From: an uncultured Desulfobulbus sp.
GTDB taxonomy: Bacteria; Desulfobacterota; Desulfobulbia; Desulfobulbales; Desulfobulbaceae
NCBI GenBank assembly: GCA_964639845.1
Contig: CAZXHS010000007.1
Span: 140,940 to 204,939, forward strand
Reading direction: 5' to 3'
DNA length: 64,000 nucleotides
Shown here: piece by piece, positions 53,852 to 63,853 of the stretch
Position numbering within the stretch: the stretch's first letter is position 1
Layout of the letters: each line of letters starts with the position of its first letter
Position numbers and translations under genes: made by a program
The notes under the pieces: model-generated
Seen by the model: only the letters and a program-made list of their open reading frames with translations
Database searches by the model: none
What the model was told of the DNA's origin: nothing

Positions 53852-56506
53852 TTACTCGTGCATACCCTTGAGCGGAGCCATGGTCCCCACCAGTTTGGCC
53901 GGCATCTTCGGTAGGCCACTGATCAGCGACAGCACCACTGCCGCCGAGTAGGGGATGGCCTGGATGGCCAGGACCGTCGACCAGATGTGAATATCGAGCA
54001 TGTCGCCATCCTTGCGTAAGAGCACGCCGACGATGGACAGCACCAGTGCCAGGGCAAAGAGCAGTTCCTCGCGGGCATCGCCCAGGGCCTTGAAAAAGGC
54101 GTTGGCCTGGGCCTGCTTGGGAGTGCGGAAGAAGCCGATCTTGCGGGTGATGAAACCGGTGAGCATGGCCCGGGCAATGGTGTGCGACAAGGCCAACCCA
54201 GCTAGGGCCGCCGCCAGGCTCTGGCGGGTGGAGGCCTCAACCCGGCTGCGATACAAAAAGAACATCTTCAAGCTCTTGAAGAAGAAGAGCACGATCGGCA
54301 AAAAGGCAAAGACAATGTGCGGCGGCGACAGATAATCAGGAAAGATGATCATGCCGAGGGACCAGATTAGTGCCAGCACGTTGAAGAGCATGTTGATGCC
54401 ATCGGCGAACCAGGGCAGCCAGCCGGCCAGAAAGTGGTAACGCTGGCCGCTGGTGAGCTTGGATTTCTCCAGACCGAACATGGTCATCATGTGGTGGCGC
54501 AGAATGAGCACCGAGCCGTAGGCCCACCGGAAACGCTGCTTTTTAAAGTCGAGAAAGGTGTCAGGCATCAGTCCCTTGCCGTAGCTGTACGGCACATAGC
54601 AGGCCGCATAACCACGCTCGAAAATGCGCAGGCCCAGTTCGGCATCCTCGGTGATGCACCATTCGGCCCAACCGCCGACCTCGTCGAGGACCGAGCGTCG
54701 TACCATGGTCATGGTGCCATGCTGGATGATGGCGTTACGCTCGTTACGCGTCACCATGCCGATCTGGAAGAAGCCGCGATACTCGGCCAAGCACATGGCC
54801 TTGAAGGTATTTTCCTCGCCGTCGCGGTAATCCTGCGGTGCCTGGACAATGGCCATGTTGGCATCGGCGAAGTGGGGGGTGAGGGCGCGCAGCCAATTGG
54901 GCTCAACGATGTAGTCGGAGTCGATCACCGCCACGACCCCGGCCTCGGGATCGGTCTCGCGCAGGGCATAGTTGAGCGCCCCGGCCTTGAAGCCGGCGAG
55001 CGGATCGACATGGAAGAAGCGGAAACGCGGTCCCATGGTCTGGCAATGGGCCTCGACCGGTTGCCACACGGCCGGATCCTTGGTGTTGTTGTCGATGATC
55101 AGCACCTCGAAGCGGGGATAATCCAGTTTCGCCAGGGCGTTGATGGTTTCGATCATCATGTCCGGTGGCTCGTTGTAGGCCGGCACATGGATGGAGACCA
55201 TGGGCAGCTCGCTGTCGTCGATGGCTTCCACCGGCTTGGGTAAACGCTGCCACTTGCGTGTCCACACGGATTCCGCCCACTCATGGGCTTCGGCGAGGAT
55301 GACAAGAATGGCGCCGGTGGCAGCCAGCAGCAGGACAATCCCCACCAGGAGCGAGGAGACGGTCATGTACTGGCGCTGGAAATCATAGACCATCCACACC
55401 GCAAAGGTGGTGATGGTGTAGGCAATGATTGCCAAAAAGCCGCGACCTGTGTCGAGCAAGCCTTTGCTGTCGCGAAAGAGCAGCGCCAGAATCAGCATGG
55501 CCAGCACGATACTGATAGCCGCTAGTTCCCGCCATTGGGGGATGCGGATCAACGGCGCCGTGAACTCGAATTTTGGCTCGCGATTATCGTTGTAGACGCC
55601 CCAAAGGCTGCCTGCTTCACCCTCGAGATTCTTTTTCCAAACCTGGTCAAAGGCCTCCATGATGTAGTAGGTGTAGTGGTTTTTCTCGGCCACATCGAGG
55701 AAACGCCGCAGGAATTTGGCCTGGTTGGTGGGGCTGGCCACCGCACCTTGGCGGATACGACCGCCGCTGGGCCAGCCTACCTCGCCGATGATGATCTCCT
55801 TGTTGGGATACTTCTGCTTGAGTTCGTTGTAGCGCATCACGCAGTAATCCACCGCACCGTCGATGGGCACACCTTCCCAGTAGGGCAGCAGATGCACGGT
55901 GATGAAATCAACCTTTTCCACCAGTTGCGGATATTTGAGCCAGACGTGCCAGGGCTCGGCGATGCTCACCGGTGCCCAGACCGATTTCTTCACCGTGTCG
56001 ATGTGTTTGAGCATCTGCTCAAGCGTCAGGTCGGTACGCAGCAAAACCTCGTTGCCGACCATGACCCGCACGATGTTGCGGTAGTTTTCCTGATAAATCT
56101 TGATCAGCTTGTTGAGCTCTTCGGCATTGGCCTCCTCGTCGGGGGTCAGCCAGGCGCCGAGGACCACATTCAGCCCCCGGGCCGCCGCCAGACGCGGGAT
56201 CTCCGCCAGGGTACCTTCCACGGTGTAGGAGCGCACCGCGTGTACATCGCCGGAGAGCAATGCCAGGTCGCGGTCGATTTCCTCGACACTGGGATAGGTC
56301 TTTTTCATCGGCGATTGCCCTTCGTGGAAGGGCGAGAAGGAAAATCCCTGGATTTTTGAGGGCCAGGACGGCTCGATGTTGGGCTGGTTGACGATCTTCC
56401 ACAACAGAAGAACAAGGCAGCCCATGATAATGGTGATGATGATTCCGGAACGATTCATAGGGGAATGGACGGGTTGGATGAATGGGTTGTTCGGGGTCTT
56501 GGCCAT
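53852..56506 (-). CDS. ndvB: NdvB-like cyclic beta-1,3-glucan synthase (GH17 + GT2 fusion)
   Basis: GH17 motifs VGNE and GEVGWPS; GT2 motifs DSD, TED and QRFRW; several TM helices. Confidence 0.8.
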   Translation of the reverse strand: MAKTPNNPFIQPVHSPMNRSGIIITIIMGCLVLLLWKIVNQPNIEPSWPSKIQGFSFSPFHEGQSPMKKTYPSVEEIDRDLALLSGDVHAVRSYTVEGTLAEIPRLAAARGLNVVLGAWLTPDEEANAEELNKLIKIYQENYRNIVRVMVGNEVLLRTDLTLEQMLKHIDTVKKSVWAPVSIAEPWHVWLKYPQLVEKVDFITVHLLPYWEGVPIDGAVDYCVMRYNELKQKYPNKEIIIGEVGWPSGGRIRQGAVASPTNQAKFLRRFLDVAEKNHYTYYIMEAFDQVWKKNLEGEAGSLWGVYNDNREPKFEFTAPLIRIPQWRELAAISIVLAMLILALLFRDSKGLLDTGRGFLAIIAYTITTFAVWMVYDFQRQYMTVSSLLVGIVLLLAATGAILVILAEAHEWAESVWTRKWQRLPKPVEAIDDSELPMVSIHVPAYNEPPDMMIETINALAKLDYPRFEVLIIDNNTKDPAVWQPVEAHCQTMGPRFRFFHVDPLAGFKAGALNYALRETDPEAGVVAVIDSDYIVEPNWLRALTPHFADANMAIVQAPQDYRDGEENTFKAMCLAEYRGFFQIGMVTRNERNAIIQHGTMTMVRRSVLDEVGGWAEWCITEDAELGLRIFERGYAACYVPYSYGKGLMPDTFLDFKKQRFRWAYGSVLILRHHMMTMFGLEKSKLTSGQRYHFLAGWLPWFADGINMLFNVLALIWSLGMIIFPDYLSPPHIVFAFLPIVLFFFKSLKMFFLYRSRVEASTRQSLAAALAGLALSHTIARAMLTGFITRKIGFFRTPKQAQANAFFKALGDAREELLFALALVLSIVGVLLRKDGDMLDIHIWSTVLAIQAIPYSAAVVLSLISGLPKMPAKLVGTMAPLKGMHE

Positions 56507-56683
56507 CGGTCCGCTGCACAGGGGCGCTCAAGCCATGCCGGAGTACACAGACATGTCACTATACCATGAGAAATGCAGAATAAGTGCAAAATGAAGAGCC
56601 GTGGTGCTGAAAAATAGCAAAATGGCGGCCGCTGTCAGCAGGTGCAGGTTTGATGAGGTTGCGCCTGCTTTTATTTGCGATAT

Positions 56684-57463
56684 TCAGATGTTGCCTAAAA
56701 TTTCTCTAAAGGATGCATAGGCATGGACATCACGCTGCACCAGGTGCAAGGTGTACGCATGCAGGGCTTCCGTTGCCTCAATGAGGTTTTGGCGGTTGAG
56801 ATGCAATCGGTGCAGCCGATTGTGTGGCAGGGTAAGCGCGGAGAGCAGGATGCGTATGGTTTGCAGAGAAAGCCGGGGTGTGGGCGTCGCCTCCGGCTGG
56901 CAATTGCTACACAGCAGACAGCCGCCACCGGGAAGAAAGCGATACCGCCGTTGCGGAACAATCGGCTGGTGGCATCGGCTGCAATGGGCCAACTCGGGTT
57001 GGTAGCCGAGGATGCACAGCAGGTTGAGAATGGCCAGGGGCACGATGCGTAGCGGTTGCTCGTTGTGGTTGAGGCTATCGAGGACTCCACAGAGCAGGAC
57101 ATAAAGCGGTTCGTCCGGGTCATGCTCCCGGGTCAGCAGCAGCAGCAGTTCACAGAAATAGGTGGCCGCGATGTAGCGGCGATATTCCTGGCGAATGTGG
57201 ATGCGGGCATCAAGTAATTCAGCCTCCTTGAGCAAAAAAAGGCTCCCCCCTTGACGGGGGCGTTGATAGAAACACAACAACTGGCTGTAGGGTTCCAGCT
57301 TGTTGACAAAGCGTTTTTTGCTTTTGAAGGCACCTTTGGCGATGGCGGTGATGCGTCCCAGGTCCTGGCAATAAAGGGTGACTATTTTGTCCGCCTCGCC
57401 AAAAGCGGTCGTGCTGAGTACGATGCCGCGAGCTGCCAAAGAGGCATCATGGTCCATGGGCAA
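56684..57463 (-). CDS. recO: DNA repair protein RecO
   Basis: FGEADKIV, AKGA..SKKRF and CxxC...CxxC zinc finger. Confidence 0.9.
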   Translation of the reverse strand: MPMDHDASLAARGIVLSTTAFGEADKIVTLYCQDLGRITAIAKGAFKSKKRFVNKLEPYSQLLCFYQRPRQGGSLFLLKEAELLDARIHIRQEYRRYIAATYFCELLLLLTREHDPDEPLYVLLCGVLDSLNHNEQPLRIVPLAILNLLCILGYQPELAHCSRCHQPIVPQRRYRFLPGGGCLLCSNCQPEATPTPRLSLQTIRILLSALTLPHNRLHRLHLNRQNLIEATEALHAYTLHLVQRDVHAYASFREILGNI

Positions 57464-58235
57464 GGGGCGGGGGGAGAAACAGGCTGGCGCGGTCCTTCTC
57501 CATGGGTGGAAAATTTAACGGATCGCCGTTGTAGAGCAATTCTGCACATTCAGCCTGGGAAAACGACAGATGCAGCGACTGTTGTGCCTCCCAGATTATC
57601 GTCGACCCTTTTGGATAGTGTTGTTCGACGGGAGGTTTATCATCAACCTCTGCTCGCACCCCGCAATCCTGGGCAAAGACTGCCTGGAGCGAAAGCCGGG
57701 TTTGGTTGCGCGGTGTACTGGTGGTGGGATCGGCGGGGTGAAAACTACTTTTGACCTTGGAAGAGTAATAGAAGGCCCGATCCGTGAGATAAACAAAGGG
57801 GTTCCAAGAATAATACAGGCAAAAGGCGGTGAAGGAGCCGGAGATGCAAAGCAGCAGGATGAGAGCGGCCCAAGCCGAGGAGATGCGTGTCTGTTCGGCG
57901 AGTTTTTTGGGCTCCAGGGCCTGCGACATGCGGCATTTTTGCAGCGGTGTCGGCGGGCTTGGCTGGTCGCTGTCGCGTTCGGCCAAAAATGCCTCAGCCA
58001 ACTCTCGTCCCGGTAGACCGAGAAAATTGGCGTAGAGCTGGACCAATCCTCGAACAAAGGAGTCGGCGGGCAGCCGGTGATAGGCCGATTCTTCAATGGC
58101 CTGCAAATTGGCGCGGGAGATGCGGGTCTGGGCCTCCACCTCATCGATGCTGAGCTGGCGCTCCAGGCGAACCTGCATGAGGCGGGTACCAACGGCATCG
58201 GCAGCTGCGGGCTGCGGGCTGGGTGTAGATTTCAT
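57447..58235 (-). CDS. rodZ: RodZ-like protein (HTH + TM + DUF4115-like)
   Basis: QTRISRANLQAIE..LP..FVRG..YANFLGL HTH; single TM. Confidence 0.8.
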   Translation of the reverse strand: MKSTPSPQPAAADAVGTRLMQVRLERQLSIDEVEAQTRISRANLQAIEESAYHRLPADSFVRGLVQLYANFLGLPGRELAEAFLAERDSDQPSPPTPLQKCRMSQALEPKKLAEQTRISSAWAALILLLCISGSFTAFCLYYSWNPFVYLTDRAFYYSSKVKSSFHPADPTTSTPRNQTRLSLQAVFAQDCGVRAEVDDKPPVEQHYPKGSTIIWEAQQSLHLSFSQAECAELLYNGDPLNFPPMEKDRASLFLPPPLAHGP

Positions 58236-58287
58236 GGCAAACGCAACAGAGGTGGCACCGCAATGACGAGCTCTGGCTGCGGTCCGT

Positions 58288-59310
58288 TTACAGAATTTTG
58301 ATGTAGGCCTTTTCGCGGATCGATTTCGCCCAATCCTTGAAACGGGCTTCCATGGCCTGTTGCCCCAATTTTTCGCGGATCTCTTCTTTCACAGATTCGT
58401 AGGGGGCTTTGGCGACAATGCTGCCCTGCTCACTGGAGACCACCTTGAAAAAAAGGTACCCGTTGCCGGTCTCGACGATGGAACTTAACGAGCCTGCGGA
58501 CAGGTTGGCGACGGCATTCTTGATGTAAGGGGCCATGTCTTCAAGCTGGAATTCGCCGAGGTCGCCGCCGTCGGCCGCCGTGGGCAGCTCGGAGTGTGTC
58601 CTGGCCAGTTCTTGGAAATCTTTTCCTTTTTTTGCAAGAGCATACACCTTCTGAATCTTTTCTTTGGCTTCCGCCTGGGTGGCAGTGGTGCCATCGGCGC
58701 GGGGCGCATCCCAGATGCAGCCGATTTGCTGCAAGTGATAGGCGCCGCCACCAGTCTTTTCGGTGTAATGGGTGTCGTAGTAATCTAGAATTTTTTCTTC
58801 GGGGATAACGACCTTAGTGCGCACCTCGTAGTTGATCAGCTTGGAGCTGAGAATCTGATCGCGCAACTCCTCGCGGTACTGTTTTTCCGTCATGCCCATG
58901 GCGGCTAGTTCCTTACGAAACTGCTCCATGGTGGCCTTGTTGTTGCTCAGTACCCGTTGCACGGCCGCGTCCACATCCTGGTCACTGACCTGGATACCGA
59001 GTTTTTTAGCCTCCTGTACCATGAGCTTTTTTTCAATCAGCTTATCAAGCACAGTCTGGCGCGCCTGACGCAGCGTCTCCTGTAAGCGGTCGGGAGGAGT
59101 TTCTTCGCTGATTTTTTTAAAAAAAGATTGGCCCAGCTCGTTGACTTCGGAGAGGGTGATGGTGTCATCGTTGACAATGGCCACGCTACGATCAACGACG
59201 TTCGCGGAGGCGGTTGTCAGGGTGAAAAGCAGACCGCAAAACAGAGAGACGAGAGAAATACGTTGCATCATGGTTGCGTGAGGGGAAAAATGATGGAAGT
59301 GAATGTGCAA
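58288..59310 (-). CDS. surA: SurA-like periplasmic PPIase chaperone
   Basis: VDRSVAIVNDDTIT SurA_N and GGDLG parvulin; true start probably about 59271. Confidence 0.85.
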   Translation of the reverse strand: MHIHFHHFSPHATMMQRISLVSLFCGLLFTLTTASANVVDRSVAIVNDDTITLSEVNELGQSFFKKISEETPPDRLQETLRQARQTVLDKLIEKKLMVQEAKKLGIQVSDQDVDAAVQRVLSNNKATMEQFRKELAAMGMTEKQYREELRDQILSSKLINYEVRTKVVIPEEKILDYYDTHYTEKTGGGAYHLQQIGCIWDAPRADGTTATQAEAKEKIQKVYALAKKGKDFQELARTHSELPTAADGGDLGEFQLEDMAPYIKNAVANLSAGSLSSIVETGNGYLFFKVVSSEQGSIVAKAPYESVKEEIREKLGQQAMEARFKDWAKSIREKAYIKIL

Positions 59311-59437
59311 GTCCGGAATGTGAGTCGATTATCTACCCGGAAGCAAGTAAAGGCGCAATGGTTTTCCGGTCGGTTAAGGCTGGGAGCGTATGGATGTGCA
59401 TAGCGAGGGCATCTTGCCAAGAACAGTGGAGAGAAGC

Positions 59438-59917
59438 ATGAAACATGTAGTGAAGACTATAATCTGGTTGGCCTGCTGCTGGATAGGGCAGGGTGTCGCC
59501 CTGGCGGCGGTCAATCTGCCCCCTTTTTCCCTGCCCACCGCCATCGACGGAACGGTGATCTCCAGTGATGCCTACCGTGGTCAGGCCATGTTGGTGACCT
59601 TTTTTGCCACATGGTGTCCTCCCTGCATCCAGGAGATTCCTGCCCTCAAGGCGGTGCAGGCGCGCTACGCTGGTCAGGGTTTTTCCGTGGTGGCGCTGGC
59701 CGTTGACGAAGGCGGCAGTCCGGTGGCGCAACTGGTGCGCAAGGCTGCCATCAACTATCCGGTGCTCTTAGCCGATCAACCCACCCGCCACAATTTTGGT
59801 GGTGTGGCCACCATTCCCACTTCCTTTCTGGTGAACAGGTCCGGGCATGTGGTCAAAAAGTATCCGGGACTGGTGCCACGGAGCTTACTGGAAAGAGATA
59901 TTGAATCAGTGCTTTAA
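59438..59917 (+). CDS. TlpA/ResA-family thiol-disulfide oxidoreductase
   Basis: Signal peptide, FFATWCPPC and IPTSF. Confidence 0.9.
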   Translation: MKHVVKTIIWLACCWIGQGVALAAVNLPPFSLPTAIDGTVISSDAYRGQAMLVTFFATWCPPCIQEIPALKAVQARYAGQGFSVVALAVDEGGSPVAQLVRKAAINYPVLLADQPTRHNFGGVATIPTSFLVNRSGHVVKKYPGLVPRSLLERDIESVL

Positions 59918-59953
59918 TCGCGACGCCTCCAGGTGCGTTGCCGAGATTTGCTG

Positions 59954-59982
59954 TTGACATTCCCGGTTGTTTTACTTAGATT
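59954..59982 (+). promoter_or_regulatory. Sigma70 promoter of the small secreted protein
   Basis: TTGACA-17 nt-TAGATT. Confidence 0.6.
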
Positions 59983-60044
59983 TCCGCGTGGAAAGAGGCA
60001 CGAGGTTTGGTTTGTTCAACCCTATTTCAATAAAGGAGACCGCT

Positions 60045-60230
60045 ATGAAAAAGATCGTTGTTACCCTGTTGGCTGCCGTATTTGCCCTGAGTGCTGGTGT
60101 TGCCTTTGCTGCTAAATGCAAAGTTGACGCCGTTGATGGTACCAAAGTGACCGTTACCTGCGACAAAGTTGATGTCAAAGCTGGCGACGACGTCACCCTG
60201 AAAGGCAAAAAGGCTCTGGAAGGCTGCTGA
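60045..60230 (+). CDS. Small secreted Cys/Lys-rich protein, possibly ExtJ-like
   Basis: AAGGAG RBS; MKK...AFA signal peptide; mature part of about 39 aa with 3 Cys ending LEGC; own promoter and terminator. Confidence 0.75.
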   Translation: MKKIVVTLLAAVFALSAGVAFAAKCKVDAVDGTKVTVTCDKVDVKAGDDVTLKGKKALEGC

Positions 60231-60258
60231 TCGCCCCAACAGCTTTTGCTGCACCGAG

Positions 60259-60297
60259 GAGCGGGTCGATTGTTGCAATCGGCCCGCTCTTTTTTTT
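60259..60297 (+). terminator. Intrinsic terminator
   Basis: GAGCGGGTCGATTG-TTG-CAATCGGCCCGCTC followed by T8. Confidence 0.85.
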
Positions 60298-60369
60298 CGC
60301 GGTCACCGGCTGGTTCGTCAGCCTGTAGGCCGTTCGTCCAACCGTTTTTTTCACGTCGAGAGATCCGCC

Positions 60370-61062
60370 ATGGACCCGCAAACCCTGCCCAGTGAAGAGC
60401 TGCACCTCTACAACGCCATCAAACAACGCTATCAGGTGGCCTTTGAACCCTTCCGGGTCAGAGAGCATGACCTGCAGCTGTTGAAGATCACCGATCTGGA
60501 ACAGATTCTTGAAGGCAAGGACCCGCTCAAGGATGTGTCTTCCTTTCCATTCTGGATCCGGTTATGGGAAGCGGCCATTGTGCTGTCGGAGTACATCGCC
60601 GCCCAACCCTGCGCACCCGGCACAACTCTGCTCGAGTTGGGCGCCGGCCTGGGCGCACCGGGACTAATGGCGGCCAAGGTCGGCTACCAGGTGACCCTGT
60701 CTGATTACGAACAGTTGATCCTGGATTTTGAGCGGATCAATGCTGCCGCCAGCAAACTCGCCAATGTCAACTGCCTGATGCTCGACTGGCTCAATCCACC
60801 GGAGATGGAGCCCTTTGATGTCATCCTCGGGGCGGAGATCCTCTTTCGCGACGAGTTTTTCCAACCGCTGCTCAATGTGCTGGATAAGGCGCTCAAGCCC
60901 GGCGGCGTCGTCTACTTGGCCCATGATATCAAACGCCGCAGTCTGGAACCGTTTTTGAAAATGGCGGAGGCCGACTATCGTATTGCCGCCTCGCAGCGGA
61001 AACTGAAGGGCTTTGAGGGGGATAAGGTGATCCTGCTCAACCGCTTGCAGCGCCGCCATTGA
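60370..61062 (+). CDS. Class I SAM-dependent methyltransferase (METTL21/protein-lysine MTase-like)
   Basis: FPFWIRLWEAA, LELGAGLG, LSDY, LDW and DVILGAEIL. Confidence 0.8.
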   Translation: MDPQTLPSEELHLYNAIKQRYQVAFEPFRVREHDLQLLKITDLEQILEGKDPLKDVSSFPFWIRLWEAAIVLSEYIAAQPCAPGTTLLELGAGLGAPGLMAAKVGYQVTLSDYEQLILDFERINAAASKLANVNCLMLDWLNPPEMEPFDVILGAEILFRDEFFQPLLNVLDKALKPGGVVYLAHDIKRRSLEPFLKMAEADYRIAASQRKLKGFEGDKVILLNRLQRRH

Positions 61063-61081
61063 CCGGTGATCGGGGCGGGCA

Positions 61082-61756
61082 ATGAGGCCGATGTATCCGG
61101 TCAGTCTTGATATTGACGGCAAGCTCTGCCTGGTGGTCGGCGGTGGTCGGGTCGCCGCCCGCAAGGCACGCGGCTTGCTGGCCGCCGGTGCCAGGGTGCG
61201 GGTGATCAGCCCGGCGCTGCATGTGCGGATGGAGGTGTTGCTGGCCGAGGAGGGTGTCGAGTGGCAGCGCAAGGCTTTTGCCGCCGAGGATGTGGAAGGC
61301 GCCTTTCTCGTCTTTGCCGCCACCGACAGGCCCGAGGTGCAGGCCGCTGTGCTGGCTGCGGCCCGCTCCCATAATCTGCTCATCAACATGGCCGACAATC
61401 CGGTCGCCTGTGATTTCCAGGTCCCGGCGGTGCTGCGCCGGGGCGAATTGAGTATCAGTGTCGCCACCAACGGCACTACCCCGGCGATGGCGGCCCTGGT
61501 GCGCCGGCAGTTGGAGGGAATGATTGGCGAGGAATATGCGCTGCTCACCACCCTACTGGGCGCGCTGCGCGAAGAAATTCTGCGGCTGGCCAGCTCCGAG
61601 GCCGAGAAAAAGATTCTGTTTCAAAAGATCCTGCAGGACGATATAGTCCTCTGGCTCCGGGAGCGGCAGTGGACCAAGGTTCGGCAGCATCTGGAGGAGG
61701 TGATCGGCCGACCCTTGGGTCGGGATCTGGAGGTCTTGCTTAAGGAGAATCCATGA
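61082..61756 (+). CDS. sirC: Precorrin-2 dehydrogenase/ferrochelatase (SirC/Met8-like)
   Basis: YPVSL, VGGGRVAARK, AATD and CDFQVPA. Confidence 0.88.
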   Translation: MRPMYPVSLDIDGKLCLVVGGGRVAARKARGLLAAGARVRVISPALHVRMEVLLAEEGVEWQRKAFAAEDVEGAFLVFAATDRPEVQAAVLAAARSHNLLINMADNPVACDFQVPAVLRRGELSISVATNGTTPAMAALVRRQLEGMIGEEYALLTTLLGALREEILRLASSEAEKKILFQKILQDDIVLWLRERQWTKVRQHLEEVIGRPLGRDLEVLLKENP

Positions 61757-62571
61757 GTTTTTTGCTCTTTCAGGGCAGCGTCGCCATCTACCTGCTGGCC
61801 GTGGCCGCCTATCTGGTGTTCTTTCTCACCCAAAAGACGCCGCTGCGGCGCACCGGTCGGACCATCTTTCTCGTTGCCTTTCTCGCCCACACCGCCGCCC
61901 TCATTGCCCGTGCTTTCGAAACCGGGCACACGCCCATCACCAGCCATCATGAGACCGTCTCTTTCTTCGCCTGGTCGCTGGGGTGCTGTTATCTCTCCTT
62001 TCGTTGGCGCTATACCATAAAAAACCTCGGAATCTTCGTCAGCACCCTGGTGTTGGGGCTGATGCTGGTGGCCGCCCTTTCCTCGCGGGCGATCATCCCG
62101 CTGCCGCCGGCGTTGCAATCCTGGTGGTTGCCGGTCCATGCCTCCATCGCCATCTTTGCCGATGGTTTTCTCGCCCTGGCCTGCATCGGCGGCATCATGT
62201 ACCTGTTGCAGGAACGCGAGATCAAGAAAAAGCGCTTTGGCCTCTTTTATTCTCGGCTGCCCTCGCTCGAGGCCCTGGACAAACTCAATCAGCACTGCCT
62301 GAGCGTCGGCTTCCCCCTGTTCACCCTTGGGCTGATCACCGGCTCGCTGTGGGCGAAACAGGCCTGGGGCGCCTACTGGCATTGGGATCCCAAGGAAACC
62401 TGGTCGCTGATCACCTGGTTCCTCTACGCCGCGGCCTTGCACCAGCGATTCACCGTCGGCTGGCGGGGGCGGCGGGTGGCCATCCTCAGTATCCTGGGCT
62501 TCCTTTCGGTGCTGTTCACCCTCTGGGGGGTCTCCTTTCTCCTTGAAGGAGTGCATACCTATGTCTCGTGA
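61753..62571 (+). CDS. ccsA: Cytochrome c biogenesis protein CcsA/CcsB (HemX-like)
   Basis: WWD domain WAKQAWGAYWHWDPKETW; conserved His residues. Confidence 0.9.
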   Translation: MSFLLFQGSVAIYLLAVAAYLVFFLTQKTPLRRTGRTIFLVAFLAHTAALIARAFETGHTPITSHHETVSFFAWSLGCCYLSFRWRYTIKNLGIFVSTLVLGLMLVAALSSRAIIPLPPALQSWWLPVHASIAIFADGFLALACIGGIMYLLQEREIKKKRFGLFYSRLPSLEALDKLNQHCLSVGFPLFTLGLITGSLWAKQAWGAYWHWDPKETWSLITWFLYAAALHQRFTVGWRGRRVAILSILGFLSVLFTLWGVSFLLEGVHTYVS

Positions 62572-63853
62572 CGCCATTGTGCTGCTGGGCGTCAACCACA
62601 AGACCACGCCTTTGGCAGTTCGCGAAAAACTGGCCCTTTCCGCCGGTTACGAGGAACCGCTGCGGGCCTTGAGTCAATTGGCGGAGCTGCACGAATACTA
62701 TCTGCTCTCCACCTGTAATCGGGTGGAGGTGTTGTTTACCTGCGGCGATGTCGAGCGGGCCACCCAACGGGTGCAGGACGTGCTCTTCGGGCAGGCGATC
62801 AGCGCCGAGGAGTTGCAGCGCCATGTCTACCGCTATGTCAACATCGAGGCGGTGGAACACCTCTTCCTGGTGGCGGCCAGCCTCGATTCGATGATTGTCG
62901 GCGAGGCGCAGATCCTGGGCCAGCTCAAGGAGGCCTACCGCCACGCCACCAAGGCCGACAGCACCGGTTTCATCCTCAATAAACTGCTCCATAAATCCTT
63001 CTCCGTAGCCAAACGGGTGCGCACCGAAACCCGTATCGGCGCCAGCGCCGTTTCCATCAGTTATGCGGCGGTGGAGTTGGCGCGTAAGATTTTTGGCGAT
63101 CTGCACGGCAAGAAGGTGCTGCTGGTGGGCGCCGGCGAAATGGCGGAGCTGGCGGCCGAGCATCTGGTGGGGCAGGGGGTCACCGAGGTGGTGGTAGCCA
63201 ACCGCACCCTGCAACGCGCCGTCAATCTGGCCCGCTGTTACAACGGCCAGGCCGTGTCCCTGGAGGAGTTGCTCGATCAGCTGCAACTGGTGGATATCAT
63301 CATCAGCTCCACCGGTGCCCCGGACTTGATCCTGCACCGGGAGGACGTCCGCTCGGTGATGCGTGGCCGCCGCAACCGGCCGCTGTTTTTCATCGACATC
63401 GCTGTGCCCCGCGACCTGGATCCGGCGATCAACGAGCTGGAGAATGTTTATCTCTACGACATTGACGATCTCAACAATGTGGTGGAGATGAACAAGTCGG
63501 AGCGCGACAAGGAGGCCCACAAGGCACAGCGGATCATCGCCGAGGAGAAACTCAAGTTTGCCAAGTGGTTGGCCAATATGGAATCCACGCCGACCATTAT
63601 CCAGTTGCGGACGATGATCGAGTCGCAGGTGCGTGGCGAGGTGGAGAAATCCCTGGGTCGGCTGGAGGAGATGGAGGATGGCGCGCGGCAGCGGCTGGAG
63701 AAGATGGTGGCAGCGATCACCGGCAAATTGGCCTATCCGCCCCTGCACTTCCTTAAGGCGGAGAACCACTGTATTCCTCTCCCGGAGCGGATCAAGTCTA
63801 TTCGCGAGTTGTATCAGATGGATAACGGCAACGACCAACAAGCCGAGCCATGA
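62561..63853 (+). CDS. hemA: Glutamyl-tRNA reductase
   Basis: STCNRVE, GEAQILGQ, GAGEMA and DIAVPRD. Confidence 0.97.
   Translation: MSRDAIVLLGVNHKTTPLAVREKLALSAGYEEPLRALSQLAELHEYYLLSTCNRVEVLFTCGDVERATQRVQDVLFGQAISAEELQRHVYRYVNIEAVEHLFLVAASLDSMIVGEAQILGQLKEAYRHATKADSTGFILNKLLHKSFSVAKRVRTETRIGASAVSISYAAVELARKIFGDLHGKKVLLVGAGEMAELAAEHLVGQGVTEVVVANRTLQRAVNLARCYNGQAVSLEELLDQLQLVDIIISSTGAPDLILHREDVRSVMRGRRNRPLFFIDIAVPRDLDPAINELENVYLYDIDDLNNVVEMNKSERDKEAHKAQRIIAEEKLKFAKWLANMESTPTIIQLRTMIESQVRGEVEKSLGRLEEMEDGARQRLEKMVAAITGKLAYPPLHFLKAENHCIPLPERIKSIRELYQMDNGNDQQAEP

Noticed and set aside
60222..60297. Selenocysteine readthrough at GGC TGC TGA with a downstream hairpin
   Set aside because: The hairpin has a T8 tail typical of a terminator, and readthrough gives no sensible extension or fusion.
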